Shown in pieces: positions 6,202 to 13,541 of a stretch of DNA of 13,541 bases. A program made the translations under genes and the position numbers. Each line of letters opens with the position of its first letter. The stretch's first letter is position 1. Source of the stretch: an uncultured bacterium (GTDB taxonomy: Bacteria; Macinerneyibacteriota; Macinerneyibacteria; Macinerneyibacteriales; DSCS01). A model generated the notes under the pieces. The model saw only the letters and a list, made by a program, of their open reading frames with translations, did not search any database and was not told the DNA's origin. The stretch spans positions 1-13,541 of the forward strand of contig CAZJQC010000033.1 of NCBI GenBank assembly GCA_964548195.1. Reading direction: 5' to 3'.

Positions 6202-7482
6202 ATGCTGGATTTGAAAGCAATCAGAGAGGATAAGGACACCGTTATAAGGAGGCTTTCCGCAAGAAACAAGGATTATACGGAAGAGATAGAGAAAATAATC
6301 GCTCTTGACGAGAAAAGACGAGAAATAATATCCGAAGTCGAAAGGCTGAAAAATTACCGAAACACCGAATCCAAAAAAATAGGCGACATGAAAAAATCGG
6401 GACTGGATGCCGGGCCGCTCATGGAGATGGTGAAGGAGGCCGGCGAGAACATCAAAAGACTTGATGACGGACTGCTTCAAATCGAGCAGGAACGCAACCG
6501 CATAATGCTTGACATCCCGAACCTTCCGCATCCTGATGTGGTAAGCGGCAAGGATGAAGAGGATAATATCGAGATCCGAAAATGGGGCGCGCCCAAAAGT
6601 CTCGGTTTTAAGGCATTGGATCACATGGAGCTGACCGAAAACACACTCGGTATAGACCTGGAACGGGGCGTGAAACTCTCACAAGCAAGATTCAACGTCA
6701 AAAAAGGTGAGATAGCCGCGATGGAAAGGGCATTGATCGACCTGATGCTGACGATACATACCGTGGAAAACGGCTATACCGAATACAGTGTCCCCTTTAT
6801 GGTAAACAGAGAATCCATGACAGGGACGGGGCAACTCCCAAAATTTGAGGAGGATCTGTACAAACTTGAGGGTGAAGACCTCTTTCTAATACCCACAGCC
6901 GAAGTCCCGCTTACAAATCTCTATTCGGGAGAGATCATACCGGTAGCGGATTTGCCCTTGAAGGCCGCGGCCCATACACCGTGCTTCAGAAAAGAAAAGT
7001 TTTCGCATGGAAAAGACGTCAGAGGCATTATACGTCAGCATCAGTTTCATAAGGTAGAGCTTGTCAAGTTCGTGCGCCCTGAGCAGTCGTATGATGAGCT
7101 CCAGAGCCTTGTGGCGGATGTCGAAAAGGTGCTTCAACGGCTTGATATCCCCTACAGGGTCGTCATGCTTTCCACCGGGGACCTGAGTTTTTCCTCGGCC
7201 ATGACATATGACATCGAGGCTTGGATGCCCGCGCAGGAAAAATATCGCGAGGTCTCCTCATGCTCAAATTTTGAGGCTTTCCAGGCGAGAAGGGCCAATA
7301 TAAAATACCGCGACGAAGACAACAGGAAAGAATACGTCCATACACTGAACGGGTCCGGGCTTGCCGTCGGCAGGGTACTGATCGCCGTATTGGAAAACTA
7401 TCAATGCCCGGACGGGTCCGTTGATGTGCCGGAGGCACTCAGGCCGTTTATGGGCGGGAAAGATAAAATACTTGTTCGATGA
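6202..7482 (+). CDS. serS: Serine--tRNA ligase
   Basis: MLDLKAIR N-terminal coiled-coil arm, IPNLP, GTGQLPKF, LIPTAEVP, motif 2 CFRKE..GIIRQHQFHKVE, EVSSCSN, motif 3 HTLNGSGLAVGR. Start is ATG 6202 after RBS AAGGAGGG (6190-6197), not the ORF-track 6151. Confidence 0.98.
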   Translation: MLDLKAIREDKDTVIRRLSARNKDYTEEIEKIIALDEKRREIISEVERLKNYRNTESKKIGDMKKSGLDAGPLMEMVKEAGENIKRLDDGLLQIEQERNRIMLDIPNLPHPDVVSGKDEEDNIEIRKWGAPKSLGFKALDHMELTENTLGIDLERGVKLSQARFNVKKGEIAAMERALIDLMLTIHTVENGYTEYSVPFMVNRESMTGTGQLPKFEEDLYKLEGEDLFLIPTAEVPLTNLYSGEIIPVADLPLKAAAHTPCFRKEKFSHGKDVRGIIRQHQFHKVELVKFVRPEQSYDELQSLVADVEKVLQRLDIPYRVVMLSTGDLSFSSAMTYDIEAWMPAQEKYREVSSCSNFEAFQARRANIKYRDEDNRKEYVHTLNGSGLAVGRVLIAVLENYQCPDGSVDVPEALRPFMGGKDKILVR

Positions 7483-7494
7483 AAGGAGCAAAAT

Positions 7495-9216
7495 ATGTGG
7501 ATGACAGATGAAGGGATCAAAAGGCCGGCCAGACGCCACCTGGGCGAAGATTTTAATGTTGAGGACTGGAGTGAGGTGAAAAAGGCCCTTGATGCCCTGC
7601 TTGCAGCAAAAGCGGAGTCAAAAGAAGACCTTGAAGACCTCATAGCAAGGGAATTTGAACTCTCTTCGGTCATCTCTGAGGAGATGGCCAAAAGGTACAT
7701 CGAGATGACACGCTTCGCCGATGTCGAGGCCAACTCGGCGCGATTCAATGAATTTTACTCCGGCGTGGTCTCAAAGACAGAGCCGTATTCATTTAAATTC
7801 AAAAAAATGGTCTTTGAAAGCCCGTATTTGAAGGAATTGCCGGCGAAGGAATACGGACATTACATAAATATAATCTCGAATGACATGGAATTATTCAGGG
7901 AAGAGAATATTCCGCTGAAAGTCAGGGAAAGCGAGCTGTCTAATAAATACGGCGCCATAAACTCCGGGCTGACCGCAGATTTCAGGGGCGAGGAAAAGAC
8001 CATGTCTCAATTGTCCGTGTATCTTAAGGACGGGGACAGGTCTGTACGGGAAGAGGCATGGCGGCTTCGCATGAATACCATGGCAGGCGTCAAAGGACAG
8101 CTGGATGATCTCTTTGACGAGATGAAAAAAGTCAGGGTGGAACAGGCGGCCAACGCAGGCTTTGAAAATTACAGGGATTTCAAGCATAAGGAGATGGGGC
8201 GTTTTTCGTATACCCCCGGTGACCTTTTTCAGTTTCATAAAGCGGTGGAAGACGAGGTCGTGCCGTTTTTGAGAGAACTTAATGAAGAACGCAAAGCCAA
8301 ATTGGGTCTGGATGTCCTCAGGCCCTGGGACACGTCGGTGGACCTCGACGGGAAAACGCTCAAACCTTTCGGCGATACCGTGGAATTCGTGAAGAAGGCA
8401 GTCTCCATACTCTCAAGGGTAAAAAAAGAGTACGGGATCAGACTTAACAGGATGTATAACGCCGGCCTCCTTGACCTTGAGAACCGAAAAGGCAAGGCTC
8501 CCGGAGGATATAACTATCCCCTCGCGGAAACGGGCGCCCCTTTCATATTCATGAATTCCGTAGGACTGCACAGGGATGTGGTAACACTGCTGCATGAGTC
8601 GGGGCATGCCATGCATACGTTTGCATCGAAAGACATACGCATCACACCCTACAGCCACACACCCAGCGAAGTCGCGGAGTTGGCATCAATGGGGATGGAA
8701 CTCCTGACCATGGACAAATGGGATGAATATTATTCTTCGGAAGAAGATCTGAAAAAAGCTCAGCGCGATGAACTTGAAGGGACATTGAAGTTTTTGCCCT
8801 GGTGCATGACAGTCGACGCATTTCAGCATTGGATATACACGAATCCCGATCATACGGCTGAGGAAAGAGACGAATACTTCGCTTCACTCATGGACAGGTT
8901 CAATACGGGAGTGGATACCAGCGGTCTTGAAAATGAAAAAAAGATATCATGGATGTATCAGTTGCATATTTTCGAGGTGCCGTTCTATTATATTGAATAC
9001 GGGATGGCGCAGCTGGGAGCCTTGTCTGTCTACCATAACTACAGGACGGGGAATCCCTCCAAAGCGGTAGAGGCGTATGACAGCTTTTTGGGGCTGGCTT
9101 ATACAAGACCCGTACGTGATCTTTATGAAGCTGCCGGCATAAAATTTGATTTCAGTTCAAGTCATATATCCGAACTCGTGGATTTCGTTAAGGACGAATT
9201 GAAAAAACTCACCTGA
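7495..9216 (+). CDS. M3-family oligoendopeptidase (PepF-like, M3B)
   Basis: RKGKAPGGY, PFIFMN, zinc motif LLHESGHAMH (HESGH at 8593-8607), EVAELASMGMEL, HIFEVPFYYIEY. No signal peptide. RBS AAAGGAG directly after the serS stop. Confidence 0.93.
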   Translation: MWMTDEGIKRPARRHLGEDFNVEDWSEVKKALDALLAAKAESKEDLEDLIAREFELSSVISEEMAKRYIEMTRFADVEANSARFNEFYSGVVSKTEPYSFKFKKMVFESPYLKELPAKEYGHYINIISNDMELFREENIPLKVRESELSNKYGAINSGLTADFRGEEKTMSQLSVYLKDGDRSVREEAWRLRMNTMAGVKGQLDDLFDEMKKVRVEQAANAGFENYRDFKHKEMGRFSYTPGDLFQFHKAVEDEVVPFLRELNEERKAKLGLDVLRPWDTSVDLDGKTLKPFGDTVEFVKKAVSILSRVKKEYGIRLNRMYNAGLLDLENRKGKAPGGYNYPLAETGAPFIFMNSVGLHRDVVTLLHESGHAMHTFASKDIRITPYSHTPSEVAELASMGMELLTMDKWDEYYSSEEDLKKAQRDELEGTLKFLPWCMTVDAFQHWIYTNPDHTAEERDEYFASLMDRFNTGVDTSGLENEKKISWMYQLHIFEVPFYYIEYGMAQLGALSVYHNYRTGNPSKAVEAYDSFLGLAYTRPVRDLYEAAGIKFDFSSSHISELVDFVKDELKKLT

Positions 9217-9243
9217 AAAGGGCCGCTTCGGCGGCCCTTTTTT
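9216..9243 (+). terminator. Intrinsic terminator ending serS-M3 peptidase (possibly bidirectional)
   Basis: AAAAGGGCCGC-TTCG-GCGGCCCTTTTTT: perfect GC-rich stem, cUUCGg tetraloop and U-tract. Confidence 0.92.
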
Positions 9244-9246
9244 CTC

Positions 9247-9276
9247 TTGACCTCCCCGTGCATGTCTATGTAAAAT
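9247..9276 (+). promoter_or_regulatory. Putative sigma70 promoter for the large exported protein and clpC
   Basis: TTGACC (9247-9252), 18 bp spacer, TAAAAT (9271-9276); RBS GGAGGTG at 9286-9292. Confidence 0.7.
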
Positions 9277-9295
9277 CAACCATACGGAGGTGTTC

Positions 9296-12028
9296 ATGAA
9301 GAAAAGGATCTTGATACTTGCTCTATTCTTTTTGACGGCGCAAGCTGTCTTCCCGCAAGGGACGTTCGGGATGTTCACACACGAAAATCACCCGGAATTA
9401 AACTGGTACTCGTATGATACGGATAATTTCAGAATAGTCTACAGCACCGGGCTGGAGGAGACGGCGAAAAAAGCCGGCCTTTCGGCGGAAAAGGCCTATG
9501 CCTCTCATATGGCAAACCTTGACCTGACATTCAAAAGACGCTATACGATATTTATCTCCGACATGGACAACATCTCCAATGGGGCCACCTCCCCCACCGG
9601 ATATTTTTTTGTCTGGGTATCCCCCACAAGGTACAATGACTACTTTTCGGGGAATGACCGGTGGCTTGACAAAGTGATATCCCACGAGATGGTACACGCC
9701 CTTATATTTGAGAACACCTCATCCTGGATCAATATCTTTTTTCCGAGTCTTTTATCCGTACCCCGTGATGTTCATGAGGGCTATGCGCAGTTCTTCGCCG
9801 GGGAGCAGTGGGGCGTTAAAAGAGGGGATCAATGGCTTTCGGAATCTGTTTGGGAAGGGGATACGCTTACCGGGAACGGAGGAGCTCTGACATATGCGAA
9901 AGGGTTTTCCCAGATAAGATATCTTTACTCGGAATATAGCGATAAAAAAGCCTTCGGCAGACTGTTCAAATACAGGGACAAGGCCGGCTTGTTCAACATA
10001 AATAAGGCTTTTGAAGAGACGTTCGGAGAAAAACGCCGGGATTTCCAGAAACGCTGGAAAAGAGATATGGAAATATACTATAACTGGATGGCAGGGATCT
10101 CAGAAAAACCCGAAGAAATTGGTGATATGCTCTATAAAGAGCATTATTTTCATCAAATAAAACAATTTTTACCGTATAAAAAAGGTTATTTAGTAATGGG
10201 TGTTGAAAAGAGCAGATACCCGGGGCTGAAGTTATACTATTCCGACGATGGACTCAACGATGCGGAGCTCATCGCCGAGAGCGGAATAATAGGAAGGGCC
10301 TCCCTGGACGGCGACATGTTATTATATGCGCGCAGCAGGAAGGGAAAGCACGGCAGCATAGTGTCCGATATATATTCATATGGAAATAGCGAATCGAGAC
10401 TTACCGACGATGAAAACGGTTATGACCCGGCGGGAAGCGGCGGTTCCATCTATTATCTTAAAAATGACGGGGGTGTTTCCGTACTGAAGCAGATCGGCGC
10501 GGATCGTCCCTTATATGCCGCCTCCGACGGGATGCAGTTGTATGATCTTACTATAGACAGGTCCGGAGAAAACCTTGCCGCGGCGTATATTGATACCGTG
10601 GCGTCCGAACAGGGCATATGGCTTTTTTCCATCACTGAAAAGACCGTTATCCGTTTTCCCACGGCTTACAAGGCAGTGTCGCCCTCTTTTTCTCCCGACG
10701 GGTCTGCCCTGGCTTACGCCGTATACGGCATCTACGCGTCTCCGGCATATGTGTTGAACATAAAAGATATGGAGGCCGTTCCCGTGACAGGCCAGTATGG
10801 AGTGATCGAGTCCCTGGAGTGGACGAAAGACGGGCTTTTGGCTGTGATTTCCATTGGCGGTGAAAAACAATCGCTTTGCCTCATAGACCCTGCCCGCACA
10901 CCCCTGAAAAGTGAGGAAAAGGTGAGAGACCTATATTCCCGCTGGACGCATACGGCCCCTTTGCATACCCCCGGGTCCGCTGATATCAGCATGGAAGGAA
11001 AGTTTACGGGTCCATATAAAGGGGTTGAGGATTTTCATCATATCATGACATTGCCGCGTCCTTTTTTTATCGACGGCCATATCGCGCCCGGCCTCATGAC
11101 TGTATGGGCCGATAAGATAGGATGGCATTATCTGGCCGCCTCCGGGGGGATAGAGTTGTCCGACGGCTACGACACAAATTATTCGTTTCTGTACAAAAAC
11201 AGCAGGACCGCCTCCGACATAGCCTTTTCGTTTTCAAAATCAGACAGGCAGATCGATAAGTATCACGGCAATGAACTGAATATGAGGAACACCCTGGTGT
11301 TGGCCGGCGTGACCCGGCGGTTTTCCGCTCCCAATACTTTTTTTCTGGGACACACAATATCTGCGGGTGGCGGATACAGGCACATGGAGCCACTTGCTTC
11401 TGAAGGATATGAACCGGATGAGGCGAAATTGACTGACGTGTTCGCATATTTTTCTTACAAGCTTGTATATGAGCGGCCCTGGACATGTATCCCGGACAAT
11501 ACATTCGCATTGGGTGTGAAAGCCGCATTCTCAAAGGAGACGGACGATAACGGCAATACCGCCGCATTTATAAGGGCGGATCTGATAAAAGACATCGATC
11601 TTGGAGCTTTGGTGCTGCGGGGGCAGGGCGCATACCTTGAGCAGTTCGGCACGGCCAAAGAGTATGACCGCCCTTATGTGACGGATTATATGATAGTGAA
11701 CATGCTTTCCGCGGAGACTTATGATTATTCAAAATCCATCATGCTTCGGGGTATTGACAGGACGGAGTTCGGCAATAGGATCTTCCGCGCCACCCTGGAG
11801 TTGAGATATCCGCTGAGCGACAATGCGAGCGGAATATTGTTCAATGACAATGCTTTTGTGACGGATGACATGAACAACGGACGGAAGAGTCACCCGGGCA
11901 CCTACGGGATCCAATATTCAGTGAGCCTGGGAAGTTTAATGGCATCTGCGGGAGTAGCCAAAGACCTTTACCTCAGTGATTCAAAGGAAGTCTACTTTTT
12001 TTCGCTGAACAGCGCCCTGGGGTTCTAA
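9296..12028 (+). CDS. Exported, probably outer-membrane, multidomain protein: gluzincin-type HExxH metallopeptidase-like domain, TolB/PD40-like beta-propeller, Omp85/BamA-like C-terminal barrel
   Basis: Signal peptide MKKRILILALFFLTAQAVFP; YDTDNFRIVY; SNGAT; VISHEMVH followed by PRDVHEGYAQ; propeller-like SPSFSPDGSALAY and SLEWTKDG; barrel motifs MLRGI..FGN....TLELRYPL and GILFND; C-terminal Phe. Start at ATG 9296 after GGAGGTG. Confidence 0.75.
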   Translation: MKKRILILALFFLTAQAVFPQGTFGMFTHENHPELNWYSYDTDNFRIVYSTGLEETAKKAGLSAEKAYASHMANLDLTFKRRYTIFISDMDNISNGATSPTGYFFVWVSPTRYNDYFSGNDRWLDKVISHEMVHALIFENTSSWINIFFPSLLSVPRDVHEGYAQFFAGEQWGVKRGDQWLSESVWEGDTLTGNGGALTYAKGFSQIRYLYSEYSDKKAFGRLFKYRDKAGLFNINKAFEETFGEKRRDFQKRWKRDMEIYYNWMAGISEKPEEIGDMLYKEHYFHQIKQFLPYKKGYLVMGVEKSRYPGLKLYYSDDGLNDAELIAESGIIGRASLDGDMLLYARSRKGKHGSIVSDIYSYGNSESRLTDDENGYDPAGSGGSIYYLKNDGGVSVLKQIGADRPLYAASDGMQLYDLTIDRSGENLAAAYIDTVASEQGIWLFSITEKTVIRFPTAYKAVSPSFSPDGSALAYAVYGIYASPAYVLNIKDMEAVPVTGQYGVIESLEWTKDGLLAVISIGGEKQSLCLIDPARTPLKSEEKVRDLYSRWTHTAPLHTPGSADISMEGKFTGPYKGVEDFHHIMTLPRPFFIDGHIAPGLMTVWADKIGWHYLAASGGIELSDGYDTNYSFLYKNSRTASDIAFSFSKSDRQIDKYHGNELNMRNTLVLAGVTRRFSAPNTFFLGHTISAGGGYRHMEPLASEGYEPDEAKLTDVFAYFSYKLVYERPWTCIPDNTFALGVKAAFSKETDDNGNTAAFIRADLIKDIDLGALVLRGQGAYLEQFGTAKEYDRPYVTDYMIVNMLSAETYDYSKSIMLRGIDRTEFGNRIFRATLELRYPLSDNASGILFNDNAFVTDDMNNGRKSHPGTYGIQYSVSLGSLMASAGVAKDLYLSDSKEVYFFSLNSALGF

Positions 12029-12042
12029 GGGAGGCGGATAAG

Positions 12043-13541
12043 ATGTTTAATATTTTTGATGTGTTCAGCGACAGGGCCAGGGAGGTCGTCTATGGCGCTG
12101 CTGAAATAGCGCGCAAAGCGGACAATGATTTTACCGGCGCGGAGCATCTTCTCCTGTCATTGCTGGAACATAAGGGGGCGGTTCTGGAAAAGGTCCTGGC
12201 GGCGCTTTCCGCTGATGAGGCCGAGATGTCCAAAAGAGTCTCCGCGTATGTTCAGAAGGGGAAAAAGAAACGTATTCCGGGCGACGATGATTTCACGCCG
12301 GGAGTCAAGATGATATTGAAGTCCGCCTTTGAGGAGTCAAACGCTCTGGGACATGACTATGTGGGCCCCGAGCACATATTTCTGGGCATACTGAGCGAGT
12401 CCGAAAGTCCCGCCTTCCTTGTGTTAAAGAACATGGGCATCACCCTTGAAAAAGGACGGGAAAAGGTAAGGGAGTATACCAGGGTATCAGACAGGAGCCA
12501 TTCGGTACAGACAGAAGATGATGAATATCTCAACAGATTTGCCGTTGACCTTATAGAAAAGGCGTCTCAAAACAAGCTTGACCCGGTGATCGGTCGTGAA
12601 AAAGAAATAGAGAGAGTCATACATATACTGTCGAGGAGGATGAAAAACAATCCTGTGCTGGTGGGCGGCGCCGGTGTGGGCAAGACTGCGGTGGTGGAAG
12701 GTTTGGCTCTGAGAATATATGAGAATATGGTCACGGAAGGTCTGCGCGGCAAAAAGATCTATTCCCTGGACATGGCTTCGCTGGTCGCAGGGGCCAAGTA
12801 TATGGGCGAGTTTGAGGAAAGGCTTAAAAAGGTGCTGGGCATAATCAAAGGAAGAGACGATGTCATATTGTTCATTGACGAAATACACACGATAATCGGC
12901 GCGGGCAGGACGGGCGGGGCTATGGATGCGGCGAACATCATGAAACCCGTGCTGGCAAGAGGTGAGATACAATGCATAGGCGCCACGACAGCGGAGGAGT
13001 ACCGGCAGTATATAGAAAAGGACCCCGCCCTTGAACGCCGGTTTCAGCCTGTGGATATAGAGGAGCCTTCGGAGGAGGAAACGGAAAAAATAATACGCGG
13101 AATACGGGAGAAATATGAGACATTCCATCGTGTAAAGATCAGCGACGGCGCGGTCGAAGCCGCAGTAAGGCTTTCGATAAGGTACATACCGGACCGCTAC
13201 CTTCCAGACAAGGCGGTAGACCTCATAGATGAAGCGTCTGCAAAGGTCAGGTTGGAATCATTGATAGTCCCCGAGAAACTGGCCGGTATTGACAGGGAAT
13301 TGAAACGCATACGCGTCGAAAAGGAATCGGCATTCAATGACGGGGATTATGAAAAGGTGGCCAATCTCGGGGTTGAAGAAAAAAAACTTGAAGCCGAACG
13401 CGAGACGATGAGACAGGAATGGGATGAAGACAAGGCCAGACGTCAGCGGGACAACATCGTCAGGAAAGAGGATGTGGCGCAGATCGTCTCACGATGGAGC
13501 GGCGTGCCCGTAACACGTCTGTCCGCTGATGAATCGCAACG
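12043..13541 (+). CDS. clpC: ATP-dependent Clp protease ATP-binding subunit, ClpC-type (truncated by window end; missing from ORF track)
   Basis: Manual translation from ATG 12043 (RBS GGGAGG): two Clp-N repeats ([42 protein letters not shown]), [74 protein letters not shown], short UVR-like M-domain [14 protein letters not shown], then [10 protein letters not shown]. Open to the window end. Confidence 0.93.
   Translation, partial: MFNIFDVFSDRAREVVYGAAEIARKADNDFTGAEHLLLSLLEHKGAVLEKVLAALSADEAEMSKRVSAYVQKGKKKRIPGDDDFTPGVKMILKSAFEESNALGHDYVGPEHIFLGILSESESPAFLVLKNMGITLEKGREKVREYTRVSDRSHSVQTEDDEYLNRFAVDLIEKASQNKLDPVIGREKEIERVIHILSRRMKNNPVLVGGAGVGKTAVVEGLALRIYENMVTEGLRGKKIYSLDMASLVAGAKYMGEFEERLKKVLGIIKGRDDVILFIDEIHTIIGAGRTGGAMDAANIMKPVLARGEIQCIGATTAEEYRQYIEKDPALERRFQPVDIEEPSEEETEKIIRGIREKYETFHRVKISDGAVEAAVRLSIRYIPDRYLPDKAVDLIDEASAKVRLESLIVPEKLAGIDRELKRIRVEKESAFNDGDYEKVANLGVEEKKLEAERETMRQEWDEDKARRQRDNIVRKEDVAQIVSRWSGVPVTRLSADESQ

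Noticed and set aside
12487..13128. 213-aa minus-strand ORF, the longest ORF-track call in the last 1.5 kb
   Set aside because: Antisense shadow of clpC, which the track missed because it has no stop codon within the window.
1..13541. CRISPR array, tandem repeats, IS elements, defence or toxin-antitoxin systems
   Set aside because: The window is almost fully occupied by recognisable genes; I saw no periodic repeats, transposase or nuclease motifs by eye.

Overview
A mostly housekeeping chromosomal region, probably from a diderm bacterium (two proteins look outer-membrane-targeted); the taxon cannot be assigned from sequence alone. Gene order: PilS-like membrane sensor kinase (+), tRNA-Asn(GTT) (-), an overlapping acylphosphatase / divergent sigma-70-family factor / SDR oxidoreductase cluster (+), gpmI (+), a small outer-membrane beta-barrel protein (-), serS (+), an M3 oligoendopeptidase (+), a 910-aa exported protein (+), and a ClpC-type AAA+ ATPase that runs off the window end and is absent from the ORF track. 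Several sigma70-type promoters and two intrinsic terminators are readable. I saw no mobile element, CRISPR array or defence system. The two most unusual items are the exported protein, which appears to fuse an HExxH metallopeptidase, a beta-propeller and an Omp85/BamA-like barrel and lies 14 bp upstream of clpC, and the sigma factor, whose -10 and -35 recognition residues are substituted. All calls come from motif recognition by eye; no searches were run.
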